A stretch of DNA of 50,826 nucleotides from an uncultured bacterium (GCA_963844965.1 CAWJQC010000002.1:1-50826), one strand, 5' to 3'. Counted from the first letter of the stretch, positions 9,655 to 18,790 are shown. The notes: a model not told the origin generated them from the sequence alone. Made by a program: numbers and translations.

Positions 9655-10343
9655 CAACTGGCGGCGGTGGCGGCGGCGGAGGCAGTTACTATAATCCCTA
9701 CACCGTTACAATTAACGGCGGCGCCACTCAAACCGCTTCGGCGAACGTAACGCTCGCGCTTACGACAATCGCGGGGATGAACCAGATGTGGATTTCCAAC
9801 GACCCGACTTTCGCGACGGCGGGAAGCGGCTGGATTCCGTTCCAGGCAACCTATCCGTGGACTTTAACCGCGGGAGCGGGCTATAAGACCGTGTACGCGA
9901 GTTTCGGTAACACGACTCTGGCAACGCCCGCGGAAAACGCGGAGGCCAGCATAACGGTTGGCGGCGCAAACGCTTCGGGCGGACAGGTCTTGGGCGCAGC
10001 CACCTTTAGGTTCACGAAGAATTTGTATCCGGGCATGACAGACAGCGACGTGACCCAATTGCAGCTCCGGCTTACGGCTGAAGGCGTGTACTCCGGGCCG
10101 ATAACCGGTTATTACGGCTCGCTTACCACGGCCGGAGTGAAGGCCTATCAGGCGAAATACGGCATTCAGCAGACCGGCACGGTCGGTCCGCTTACGAGAG
10201 CGCAACTGAACGGCTCCGCGGTTGAGGGAGCGTCAACTGTGAATATCGGAGCGCTGCAGGCGCAGATCGCTTCGCTGCAGACCCAGTTGCTTGCTCTGCT
10301 CCAACAGTTGGCGCAGATGCTGCAGTCGCAGGTTGGACACTAA
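9651..10343 (+). CDS. Peptidoglycan-binding (PG_binding_1-like) domain protein with N-terminal Gly run. Possibly the detached C-terminus of the upstream surface protein.
   Basis: LQLRLTAEGVYSGPITGYYGSLTTAGVKAYQAKYGIQQTGTVGPLTRAQL matches the PG-binding-1 repeat. GTG start overlaps the upstream TGA. There is no signal peptide of its own. Confidence 0.55.
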   Translation: MTTGGGGGGGGSYYNPYTVTINGGATQTASANVTLALTTIAGMNQMWISNDPTFATAGSGWIPFQATYPWTLTAGAGYKTVYASFGNTTLATPAENAEASITVGGANASGGQVLGAATFRFTKNLYPGMTDSDVTQLQLRLTAEGVYSGPITGYYGSLTTAGVKAYQAKYGIQQTGTVGPLTRAQLNGSAVEGASTVNIGALQAQIASLQTQLLALLQQLAQMLQSQVGH

Positions 10344-10376
10344 GAGCGAAAGCCGCAATGGCGGTTTGAACTTGGA

Positions 10377-10418
10377 AAAGCCCCCACCTTTTTCCGAAAA
10401 GGTGGGGGCTTGCTTTTT
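10377..10418 (+). terminator. Rho-independent terminator built from the G-rich hairpin family
   Basis: AAAAGCCCCCACCTTTTTCCGAAAAGGTGGGGGCTTGCTTTTT: GC-rich stem followed by a T-run, 34 nt after the stop at 10341-10343. Confidence 0.7.
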
Positions 10419-10441
10419 CCAGATATATATGTTACAATTGA

Positions 10442-11440
10442 ATGGTGAAAAACCTGCTCAAAAAATACTTCATCCCGCACGAAGACAACGATAACCGGCC
10501 GCATATACTGCGCCGGGAAACAATAGTTTTTATCGGGCTTGTGGCGCTGGGGATTGAGGCGCTGTTTCTGCTTAATTATTCGGGAATTCTTCCGACGAGC
10601 AAACTTACGGCGCTTGTGCTGCCGGATGTTTTGGTTGACGAGACAAATACAAATAGAGTTGCCGACGCGCTTTCGCCGCTCAAACCCAATGCCCTCCTTG
10701 AACTTGCCGCGCAGGAAAAAGCCAACGATATGGCAGCGAACGGATATTTCGCGCACACGAGCCCCAGCGGCCTCACGCCGTGGTATTGGTTTCAAAAAGT
10801 CGGTTACAACTTTACTTACGCCGGGGAAAATCTGGCCGTTAATTTCACCGATTCCGAGGACGTGATAAACGCCTGGATGAACTCGCCGAGCCACAGGGAG
10901 AATATTTTGAACGGCAATTTTACCGAAATAGGAATAGCGACTGCGCAGGGCACGTATAACGGCAAATCGGCTGTTTTTGCCGTGCAGTTATTCGGGACTC
11001 CTGCCCCTGTCGTCGCCTACGTTCCACCCAAGCCGGTTGCGCAAGCGGGCGCGCCGGGAGCCGGCAGCGCGGTAAATCCGGCAGCCCCGGTGGTTCTCGG
11101 AGAATCTTCAAGCAGCAACAGATCCGGCGAGAGCACATTCATCGCCGTGAAGGGCGCCGGGGAAGCGGCCGTTTCTCCCAGTGCCAAACCGGCAGCCGCC
11201 GCGCCGGCGGAGATATCCAGTGAGACGGCAAACATATTGGCTTCTCCGCGTAAAACGGTTGATTACGTCTTTTATGCCGCCGTTGTATTTGTTGTTTTGG
11301 CCCTCGCGCTTAACATCTTTATAAAAATCAGGATTCAGCATGGTTATCTGATACTGAACGGTTTGTATCTGCTTGTATTCCTCACGGCGATGCTGGTTTT
11401 TAATCATTATTTGACCGCCCAGCAAATAATTGTTTTATAG
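10442..11440 (+). CDS. CAP/SCP/PR-1-like (YkwD-type) domain protein with N- and C-terminal TM segments
   Basis: GENLA...AWMNSPSHRENIL..NFTEIGIA matches the CAP-domain signature. Hydrophobic N-terminus and C-terminal TM. Confidence 0.65.
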   Translation: MVKNLLKKYFIPHEDNDNRPHILRRETIVFIGLVALGIEALFLLNYSGILPTSKLTALVLPDVLVDETNTNRVADALSPLKPNALLELAAQEKANDMAANGYFAHTSPSGLTPWYWFQKVGYNFTYAGENLAVNFTDSEDVINAWMNSPSHRENILNGNFTEIGIATAQGTYNGKSAVFAVQLFGTPAPVVAYVPPKPVAQAGAPGAGSAVNPAAPVVLGESSSSNRSGESTFIAVKGAGEAAVSPSAKPAAAAPAEISSETANILASPRKTVDYVFYAAVVFVVLALALNIFIKIRIQHGYLILNGLYLLVFLTAMLVFNHYLTAQQIIVL

Positions 11441-11719
11441 GGCGACGGCTTCGCGTTTCCGTGACGCACAGACAGAGATAACAACCGGCAACAAAGCTCT
11501 TGCCGCGACCGTGGACTAAAAGCCGGCTGTTCCGCCGGGGTTTTGAATTGCGCGCAAGTTTTTGCCCGTGCCCGCGTGCTATAATTAAACCAAATGGTCC
11601 CGTTAGAAGCCGCTTCGCTACAGAAACGCTCAAATAAACAATGGTCGTTGCAATGATAAAATTAATAAACAGCACAACGTCTTCGCTTCTATGGCGAAGC
11701 GTTTCCTGCTTCTAACGGG

Positions 11720-12790
11720 ATGGTACAGCAACAACTTGTGGATTACATAAAAGCCCAGCTTGGGGTCGGCGTGGGCGAAGAAGAGCTTGAGAGTTCTCTT
11801 CTTGACGCCGGCTGGAACGGAACCGATATTGACGATTCCATGAAAAGCGCCGCAAGCTCCGGAGGGGCGGCTTCGGATTTTTCGGCGGCGCCGGGCACGG
11901 CCGCGGCCGGAGACCGCATAGTTGTGAGCGACCTCATACCGAGCGCTTCCAAAATGGAAATTGCGGCGGTAAAACCGGAAAAGGAGAAGAGCGCGAATTC
12001 CGAATCCAAAGCGCCCCCCAAATCGCCTCCCGGCCCGAAATCGCCGGAATCGGGAAAACCCGATTCCAAAACGACGGTCGTTATCATTCTTGCCGCGGTC
12101 GCTCTCGGGCTTGCCGGGGCGTCCGTTTATCTTTACACGCGAATGAAGAGCGCGGAGGATAAATCGGCATCGCTCCTGGCCGCGAGTAGCGCGTCCGACT
12201 CCCAGATCACCGCTTTGAATTCCCAGATTACCGATTTGACGAACGCGAAAAACGATCTGACTTCGCAAATTGCTTCGCTGAGCAGCGATGTTCAAAAATT
12301 CACCGACGAACTTTCTTTCTTCGTGGCTTTGCCTACCACTTCCTCCGTCTCCGGGACGGCGCCAGCCGCGATTCCTTTCACCCTGAGCGGAGTTTTGAGC
12401 TGGAACGCGAAAACATCGTACACTCTGACCACCGCCGACGGAGTTAAGATACACGTCAAGAATTCCGGCGACGCCGGCGTGGACGCGGCCCTGAAGCCGC
12501 TCGTTGGCCAATCGGTTGAAATTTCCGGCACGCACGCCCCGGCGTCAAAAGAAGCCGCGGTAACCGCCGTTAACGGCGCGGACGTAAGCGCCCCGCCCGT
12601 GGAGGCGAGCACTTCAACTCCGAGCGGCGCTCCCGCTGCGGGCGGCGCCACTTCTTCCGTGCCAAGCGGCGCTTCCGCTCCGAGCAGCACATCTCCGAGC
12701 AGTACGTCTGTTCCCAGTAGTACTCCCGCAGGCAACGCTACGGCGCAAAACGGCACTTCCACTTCAAGCGGCACTTCCACGCAGCCATAA
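11720..12790 (+). CDS. Hypothetical membrane-anchored protein with Ser/Pro/Ala-rich low-complexity tail
   Basis: ORF of 356 aa with TM helix TTVVIILAAVALGLAGASVYLY. Remainder is low complexity. Confidence 0.45.
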   Translation: MVQQQLVDYIKAQLGVGVGEEELESSLLDAGWNGTDIDDSMKSAASSGGAASDFSAAPGTAAAGDRIVVSDLIPSASKMEIAAVKPEKEKSANSESKAPPKSPPGPKSPESGKPDSKTTVVIILAAVALGLAGASVYLYTRMKSAEDKSASLLAASSASDSQITALNSQITDLTNAKNDLTSQIASLSSDVQKFTDELSFFVALPTTSSVSGTAPAAIPFTLSGVLSWNAKTSYTLTTADGVKIHVKNSGDAGVDAALKPLVGQSVEISGTHAPASKEAAVTAVNGADVSAPPVEASTSTPSGAPAAGGATSSVPSGASAPSSTSPSSTSVPSSTPAGNATAQNGTSTSSGTSTQP

Positions 12791-12894
12791 GCGGTCCTCC
12801 GCCGATGGATTTTTCGTGCCACGGGTCAAGGAATTAAACAAACGCGAACTCCGGTTCGCGTTATTTAATGTCATTCGCGTTGTTACGGATTCTC

Positions 12895-13461
12895 CTAACC
12901 CAGCAGTCCCAAATCCTTGAGCGCCTCTTCGTAAATCGTAAGCGCCCGCTCGGCGATGTCGCGGCTCAGTTTGAAATTGGTTTCGTGCACGAGGCGGTTT
13001 CTTAGCTTATGCGCTTCCCAGACCTCTTGGATATGCGGCAATTCTTCCGAACTTAGTTTTTTGAGTTTGTCGCCGAGCGTTTCTCCCTGGAAACCGGCGA
13101 GGCGCAGCGCCTCGTCCAGGATTTTGTCCGCTTCCAAAAGCGCGAGCTTCAAATTTGCTTCGTCGCCGGCGAAGAAATGCCTTTTTATTCCCTGCCACGC
13201 CTTTGTTGAGCGTTTCTTCGGCATGTCGCTTTTCAAAACCGCGTCTCCTACTCTGTCTATCCTTAAAGCGAGCCAGCCCGTCTTGATTACGAAGTAAACA
13301 ATGCCGGCGATGAAAAGAGCTGAGATCAAAATACTCGCGGCTTTCAGCATGTCCAGGTTTGAAAAATAGAACGCGACCGATTTCTGTTCTATCTGCTGGA
13401 CTTGCGGACTTTTAAGAACCTGACTTACCTGCGCGAGGAACGTTGTCGTTGAGGTCGGCAT
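12895..13461 (-). CDS. TM-anchored protein with C-terminal HEPN-like R-x4-H motif
   Basis: TM helix AASILISALFIAGIVYFVI. C-terminal EVWEAHKLRNRLVHE resembles the HEPN Rx4-6H motif. Confidence 0.45.
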   Translation of the reverse strand: MPTSTTTFLAQVSQVLKSPQVQQIEQKSVAFYFSNLDMLKAASILISALFIAGIVYFVIKTGWLALRIDRVGDAVLKSDMPKKRSTKAWQGIKRHFFAGDEANLKLALLEADKILDEALRLAGFQGETLGDKLKKLSSEELPHIQEVWEAHKLRNRLVHETNFKLSRDIAERALTIYEEALKDLGLLG

Positions 13462-13601
13462 GTGTTTTAATTTCCAATCACTGATATCTAATTTCTAAGT
13501 AATGATAAAATTTTAAATTCCAAATTACAAACGTTTGCGGCTTTTGTCTGGTTTCCGGGATTTCGCGGCTTGGGATTTGTTTAGAAATTAGTAATTAGGA
13601 A

Positions 13602-15093
13602 TTAGAGATTTGGGGCGGTAAGCCGCTCGTAGTATTGCCCCAGTCCCAATATGTCCGCTTCACGCCATTTTTTGCCGATAAGCTGGAAACCGACGGGCAA
13701 TTCGCCGGGTTTGAGTTCGCGTTCTACGGGTATGGAGATCGCCGGCACGCCGGCAAGGTTCACCGGACCGGTGAAGATGTCGGAGAGATACATGGCCAGG
13801 GGGTCGTCTATTTTCTCGCCGATATTGAAGGCCGCGGTCGGGGCGACCGGCGTGAGTATCACGTCAACCTCTTTGAAAATTTCGTCAAAGTCTTTTTTTA
13901 TCAGTGCCCTCACTCTTTGCGCTTTTTCGTAATAGGCGTCGTAATAACCGCTTGAAAGGACGAACGTTCCCAAGATGACGCGCCTTTTCACCTCGGCGCC
14001 GAATCCGAGGCCGCGCTGTTTCATGTAGATGTCGTGCAGGTTCGTCATTCGGGATCTTTTGCTTGCGACGCGCGAGTATCTGATGCCGTCAAAACGCGCG
14101 AGGTTGGCGCTCACTTCCGCCGGCATGCTCAGGTAATAGGCGGGGACGGCATATTTCGTGTGCGGCATGCTCACTTTCCTGAACTTCAAGCCCAAACTTT
14201 TTATTTTTTCTATCGCTTTTTCCATGGCCGCGCTTACGTCGGCCGCGGTTACCTTTATGAAATATTCTTCCGGCAAACCGACCGAGAGTTCCTTTATCTT
14301 CTTGAAGTCCGGGTTCGTAAGTTCGTCGCCGTATTCCACCGGTTTCCGCTCGTCCGCGGGCATGCTCGTCGCATCCAGGTCGTCGTGTCCGCTTATGGCT
14401 TTGAACAATATTGCCGCGTCCTCAACGGTTTTGGTTATCGGCCCGATCTGGTCCATGCTTGAAGCCATGGCGATGAGGCCGGAGCGGGAAACCGAACCGT
14501 AGGTCGGCTTGAGACCGACCGTGCCGCAGAAAGATGACGGTTGTCTGATGGAACCGAACGTGTCCGAGCCGAGCGCTGCCACGGCCATGTGCGCCGCGAC
14601 CGCCGCCGCCGAGCCGCCCGAAGAACCTCCGGGGACGCGCGTCGTGTCATGCGGATTTTTCGTGATCTGGTAGGCCGAGTTTTCCGTTGACGAGCCCATG
14701 GCGAATTCGTCCAGGTTCGTTTTTCCGAGGAAGACGGCGTGTTCGTCTTTTAGTTTTTTTATGACGGTCGCGTCGTAACTCGCTACGTAATTTTCCAGGA
14801 TTTTGGAGGCGGCGGTGGCCGGCAGGTCTTTTATCAAAATATTGTCCTTTATGGCGAGCGGTACGCCGGCCAAGTTCTCCCAGCGGCTCGTCTTTCGCGA
14901 CTATGAGGTCAACCTGTTCCGCGTCTTTTAGCGCCCGTTCTTCGGCCAGGCTTAAATACGCCATTATCGTCCTGTCCGTTTCTTTGATGTGTTTGAAGAA
15001 TGCCTGGACCATTTCCAGCGCTGAAAATTTCTTATCAAGAAGTCCTTCGTGGAAGGACTTAATGGTTAAATTGTGTAATGCGACATGCGACAT
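13602..15093 (-). CDS. gatA: Glu-tRNA(Gln)/Asp-tRNA(Asn) amidotransferase subunit A, with an apparent single-base frameshift near 14873-14880
   Basis: Amidase-signature region GGSSGGSAAAVA...DTFGSIRQP. N-terminal 60 aa (LTIKSFHEGLLDKKFSALE..) are in ORF 14647-15093; the body is in ORF 13602-14873. The junction reads PLGEL / AGVPLAIKDNI. Confidence 0.85.
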
Positions 15094-15170
15094 GGAATCG
15101 TTTAGTTAAATGTGTAATGCGACATGCGACATGTTTGTTAAATTGTGTAATGCGACATGCGACAGGGCGG
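15063..15170. repeat. Three tandem copies of a ~37-bp unit TTAAATTGTGTAATGCGACATGCGACATG
   Basis: Read directly. The first copy overlaps the annotated gatA start codon. Confidence 0.6.
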
Positions 15171-15174
15171 AAAT

Positions 15175-15537
15175 TTATTTTGCCAGCGATTTTATAAATC
15201 CCGCAAGGAGTTTGCCAACGTCGTCGCGCAAGCCGGAAATTTCTTTGTGCTCCATTTCGCTTACGTACTCCAATTGGCGCGATAAATCTATGTAGTATTC
15301 AAGTTCGTTTAAAGAGCCGCGTGCTATATAGTAAAATTGCAGTTTGCCTTTATCTGTTTTTCTGCCATAGCCCTCGACAATGTTTGCCGGTACAGAAATC
15401 ACGCACCTGCGTATCTGCGAAACGAGACCAAAAAGCTCTTCCTTGGGAAATTTTCTGGTAACTTTGTAAATCAATAAAACCAGCTCATTGGCTTTGGTAT
15501 AGACATTTAGATTTTTATAGCCGGCTATGTATGCCAT
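15175..15537 (-). CDS. Four-helix-bundle protein (TIGR02436 / 23S rRNA intervening-sequence protein family)
   Basis: YKKANELVLLIYKVTRKFPKEELFGLVSQIRRCVISVPANIVEGYGR matches this family. Confidence 0.75.
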   Translation of the reverse strand: MAYIAGYKNLNVYTKANELVLLIYKVTRKFPKEELFGLVSQIRRCVISVPANIVEGYGRKTDKGKLQFYYIARGSLNELEYYIDLSRQLEYVSEMEHKEISGLRDDVGKLLAGFIKSLAK

Positions 15538-15562
15538 GTCGCATTAAACATTTCACATTTTA

Positions 15563-15856
15563 CTATTCAAACACGGGCGGTATTTTGAGGTAGCCGTCGT
15601 GTTTTTCGGGAAATTGTTCGGTGCCGGCCCCGCGGTCGGTATTTTCTCTTTCGCCATCCTCGCGGAAGATATTCCTGAAGTCGGTGCCGCCGGAAAGCGC
15701 CGCCACGTCGGATGTGTCAAGTTCCTGTAATTCCTTGAAATGCTCCAGGATGTTTTGCAGGTCTTTAAGAAGTTTTTCTTCCTCGCGCTCCTCAAGCTCA
15801 ATGCGCGCGAGTTGCGCCAGATGTTCCAGTGTTTTTTTGTTGATAGGGGAGGGCAT
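15563..15856 (-). CDS. gatC: Glu-tRNA(Gln) amidotransferase subunit C
   Basis: LEHLAQLARIELEEREEEKLLKDLQNILEHFKELQELDTSDV is typical GatC. Located upstream of gatA on the same strand. Confidence 0.7.
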   Translation of the reverse strand: MPSPINKKTLEHLAQLARIELEEREEEKLLKDLQNILEHFKELQELDTSDVAALSGGTDFRNIFREDGERENTDRGAGTEQFPEKHDGYLKIPPVFE

Positions 15857-15948
15857 ATAAAGTTATTGTACAGGTTAAGTCGCTCAATTTCAATAAAAAA
15901 GACACAAGCCGTAGCTTGCGTCTTTCGGGCCGATATCTTTCATCTTGC

Positions 15949-16542
15949 CTATCTTGCCCGAATACTTGCCCGAACATCGCGTCTTGCCCGACCACCACGA
16001 AGAAATGTTTTTATGAATTCCTCATGTGGTCCGACCATCGGCCGCGGCAAATGATTTACCGGATAAAATTTCCACCCCAGTTTTTCTATAGGACCGATAA
16101 GTATCGCTGCTAAAAATACCGAAAGTGGTCTTCCGATAGGATGCTCGTCCTGACGATTTCCATGCTTCCACGGCCTCCACCACTTGATCCATAATGGCTG
16201 GCTGGGCGATGGAATGTACACTTCGGTGCCGAGTTCGCGCATAGCAATGCGGTTGCATACATCGGCTATGTCCCAGTTGTCTATCCGGTTATAGCCACCG
16301 GGCAAATGATACTGTCCGTTGAGCAACGCCATTTTCCCCGCGCCGTTGTAGGGTGCAAGAAGAATTTCCAGGCCATCATGATCCAATGCTTGTTGTGTAA
16401 TTACAAGTTCCGGCGCCCACATGGAAAATGTTCCGTGGGTGACATCAAACGCCTCATTATTAGGCGCATCGGGGATTAAATAACCACCTTCTTGAATTTC
16501 TTTCAAGAGTTCAATATAGAGCCGTACCCTTTCCGGTGTCAT
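15949..16542 (-). CDS. NUDIX-fold protein with a degenerate Nudix box
   Basis: LLNGQYHLPGGYNRIDNWDIADVCNRIAMRELGTEV only partly matches GX5EX7REUXEEXGU (RE..E retained, other Glu lost). Confidence 0.4.
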   Translation of the reverse strand: MTPERVRLYIELLKEIQEGGYLIPDAPNNEAFDVTHGTFSMWAPELVITQQALDHDGLEILLAPYNGAGKMALLNGQYHLPGGYNRIDNWDIADVCNRIAMRELGTEVYIPSPSQPLWIKWWRPWKHGNRQDEHPIGRPLSVFLAAILIGPIEKLGWKFYPVNHLPRPMVGPHEEFIKTFLRGGRARRDVRASIRAR

Positions 16543-16559
16543 TCTCGTCTCCTCTCTGC

Positions 16560-16919
16560 CTAATTCATCCAGGCATTCGCGGATCTTTTCTGCGCAGAGC
16601 CGAGAGAACCCAGCTCAACCCAGACTCTTTCTTGCTCTTGCTGGACGGCTTCTTCCAGGTTTTTTTCCGGAACAATGAACCTGACCTTTCCTTTGCCTCG
16701 GTTGCTCTCGATCAGGGCTTCAAAAATGTAACCGTTCATCTGCGGTCCGAGCGAAGCAGTTTTGAATTCCGTGGCAACTTCACCTTCCGCATCTTCCATT
16801 TTTAGCGGAAGTCTCTTCAGTTTGCGTGATACCATCTCGACCGCGGTCTGGAAAAGAGATTCGCACATATCCGCCGAAAGGGAAATTCCGGATGTCATCA
16901 AGCAGCAGATCTGAAACAT
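16560..16919 (-). CDS. Hypothetical small protein
   Basis: ORF with start assumed at MFQICC. No motif recognised. Confidence 0.35.
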   Translation of the reverse strand: MFQICCLMTSGISLSADMCESLFQTAVEMVSRKLKRLPLKMEDAEGEVATEFKTASLGPQMNGYIFEALIESNRGKGKVRFIVPEKNLEEAVQQEQERVWVELGSLGSAQKRSANAWMN

Positions 16920-16984
16920 TCCAGCTCCTTTTTTGCGGCAACTTCTCGCCGTCAAGTTGCTGACAAAATATTAGCACCAAGCGC

Positions 16985-18487
16985 TTATATTGTCAAGCGA
17001 TGCACTATTTTTTTGAATTTATCGCCTCTGTCCGCATAATTCTTGAACATATCAAAACTCGCGGCGCCCGGAGAGAATAAAATCACGGTAGGTAGTAGGT
17101 AGTAGGTAGTAGGTAGTTTGAGCGCAAATTTGTAGGCGGTTTTAACCGCCGCGCCCAAATCACGAGCGAATTTTATTTTAACGCCAGAATTTTTGATTGT
17201 TCTATGGATTTTATGTTTATTCTCCCCGAACAGGATAATTAATTTCGTTGAGGAATTTTTCAGCGCGTCTGCAAGCGGTTTGTAATCAAGGCCCTTGTCA
17301 AAACCGCCGGCGATCAAAATTTTCGCCTCATTCGGAAACGCCCTGACGGCCGCGGCGGTTGTGTGCGGGTTCGTGGAAGCCGAATCGTTGTAAAAATTTA
17401 CACAATGCGAATGATGCGAAATTTTATGCGAATGCTGCGAACCACAATATATTTTAATGCGGCGGACGAATTCCAAACGGTGTTCCAGTCCGCGGAAATT
17501 TTTTACCGTCCGGGCGATCGTTTCTGCGGAGACGCCTAAGCTTTGCGCGACGGTCGCGGCCATAACGGCGTTTTTGAAATTGTGTATTCCGGGAATTCTC
17601 AGGTCAACCGGTTTAAATAGTTTGAAACTTGCCGCGTCAACGGCGATCTTTTTGCCGCGGCCGCCTTTGGCGAGCCTCGCTGAGAGTGGGCTTTTTGAGG
17701 CTGCCCAGCTGCTTCGGGAGCCATTTTTTCCGCCGGAGGCGCCACGCCTGCCGGCGGGCAGGGATCCGCCCTTGGCGGAAAAGAAGAAAATTTTATCGGC
17801 GGCCTTCTGGTGGCGCGCGATGTTCGTTTTCGCCTCGTAGTATTCGCGGAGATTAAGATGCGCGTCCTGGTGGTCGGGAAAAATATCCAAGACGACGGCG
17901 ATGTGCGGCGACATTTCAAGATCTTGAAGCTGGAAACTTGATAATTCCAAAATTACAAACGCGGATTCTCGCGGACTTGACACGGACAGGCGCGGAAGAA
18001 TGTCCAGTGCTGATGTGCCGATATTGCCGGCAAGGAAAACTTTTTTGCGCGCGGCCTTGAGTATTTTGTAGAGCAACGTGGCCGTTGTGCCCTTGCCCTT
18101 GGTGCCCGTAATTCCGATTATCGTCGTACCAATTCCCTTCTGCGTTAATCCGCGTATGGTCCGCGGCGATCCGCGAAGTTGTTCGAAGAACAACTTAGTG
18201 GCGCTGGAAAATTTTATGCCGACGCGGCGCGCCTTTCTGAGTTCCGGCAGATTATAGGGGACTCCGGGGGAGCGGAAAACCAAGTCAAACCGGCTGAGAT
18301 TTTTGAGCCAATTTTTTCCGAGCTGCGACCCAACCTCACGAGGAACTTTTGTCTTCGGATTTTGATCAAGAATCCAGATATCTTCATCCGCGTTTATCAG
18401 CGTACTAATCCGCGATAATCCGCGGTTTTGCAAAAAACGCAAAACAGATTTCCCTTCGCGGCCATATCCTAGAATTGCGATGTGCAT
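16985..18487 (-). CDS. murD: UDP-N-acetylmuramoylalanine--D-glutamate ligase carrying several low-complexity insertions
   Basis: MHIAILGYGREGKSV N-terminus, GITGTKGKGTTA P-loop, C-terminal ..FYNDSASTNPHTTAAA. Confidence 0.85.
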   Translation of the reverse strand: MHIAILGYGREGKSVLRFLQNRGLSRISTLINADEDIWILDQNPKTKVPREVGSQLGKNWLKNLSRFDLVFRSPGVPYNLPELRKARRVGIKFSSATKLFFEQLRGSPRTIRGLTQKGIGTTIIGITGTKGKGTTATLLYKILKAARKKVFLAGNIGTSALDILPRLSVSSPRESAFVILELSSFQLQDLEMSPHIAVVLDIFPDHQDAHLNLREYYEAKTNIARHQKAADKIFFFSAKGGSLPAGRRGASGGKNGSRSSWAASKSPLSARLAKGGRGKKIAVDAASFKLFKPVDLRIPGIHNFKNAVMAATVAQSLGVSAETIARTVKNFRGLEHRLEFVRRIKIYCGSQHSHKISHHSHCVNFYNDSASTNPHTTAAAVRAFPNEAKILIAGGFDKGLDYKPLADALKNSSTKLIILFGENKHKIHRTIKNSGVKIKFARDLGAAVKTAYKFALKLPTTYYLLPTVILFSPGAASFDMFKNYADRGDKFKKIVHRLTI

Positions 18488-18508
18488 ACCCAGTAGAGGA
18501 ATTTCGAA

Positions 18509-18790
18509 TTAGTTTCGCCTCAGAAAGTTGCGCAATTGCAACTTGAGAAATCTGCGACCTTGGGTTGTTTTGAGATAATTTTCACGTCGTTTTGCATCAT
18601 CTTCGTTCTTGCATACTTCTGCATAGATAAAATCAAATGGTGCCCTTGGTGCCGTTGCGAAACTTTTTTTGGCATTATGTTCAGCGAATCGGCGCCCGAT
18701 GTTGGTTGTATATCCGATATAGAAATTGCCATCTTTTCTACTGCACAGCACATAAACATAATGCCAGTTCGAAATTCTCCTACTGGGCAT
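18509..18790 (-). CDS. GIY-YIG nuclease-superfamily small protein (paralog of 4283-4543)
   Basis: WHYVYVLCSRKDGNFYIGYTTNIGRRFAEHN. Confidence 0.75.
   Translation of the reverse strand: MPSRRISNWHYVYVLCSRKDGNFYIGYTTNIGRRFAEHNAKKSFATAPRAPFDFIYAEVCKNEDDAKRRENYLKTTQGRRFLKLQLRNFLRRN

Noticed and set aside
11630-12535. 301-aa minus-strand ORF opposite CDS 11720-12790
   Set aside because: It is an Arg/Gly-rich low-complexity translation of the antisense strand of a Ser/Ala/Pro-rich gene. Typical shadow ORF.
13635-14502. Plus-strand ORFs 13635-13955, 14034-14462 and 14158-14502
   Set aside because: Antisense to gatA, whose amidase motifs are unambiguous on the minus strand.
15063-15170. Considered whether the tandem repeats at 15063-15170, 3994-4055 or the hairpin arrays could be a CRISPR array
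   Set aside because: There are only 2-3 units. Spacers are 4-8 bp instead of ~30 bp. There are no cas genes in the window. The units are palindromic terminator-like hairpins or direct repeats without unique spacers.
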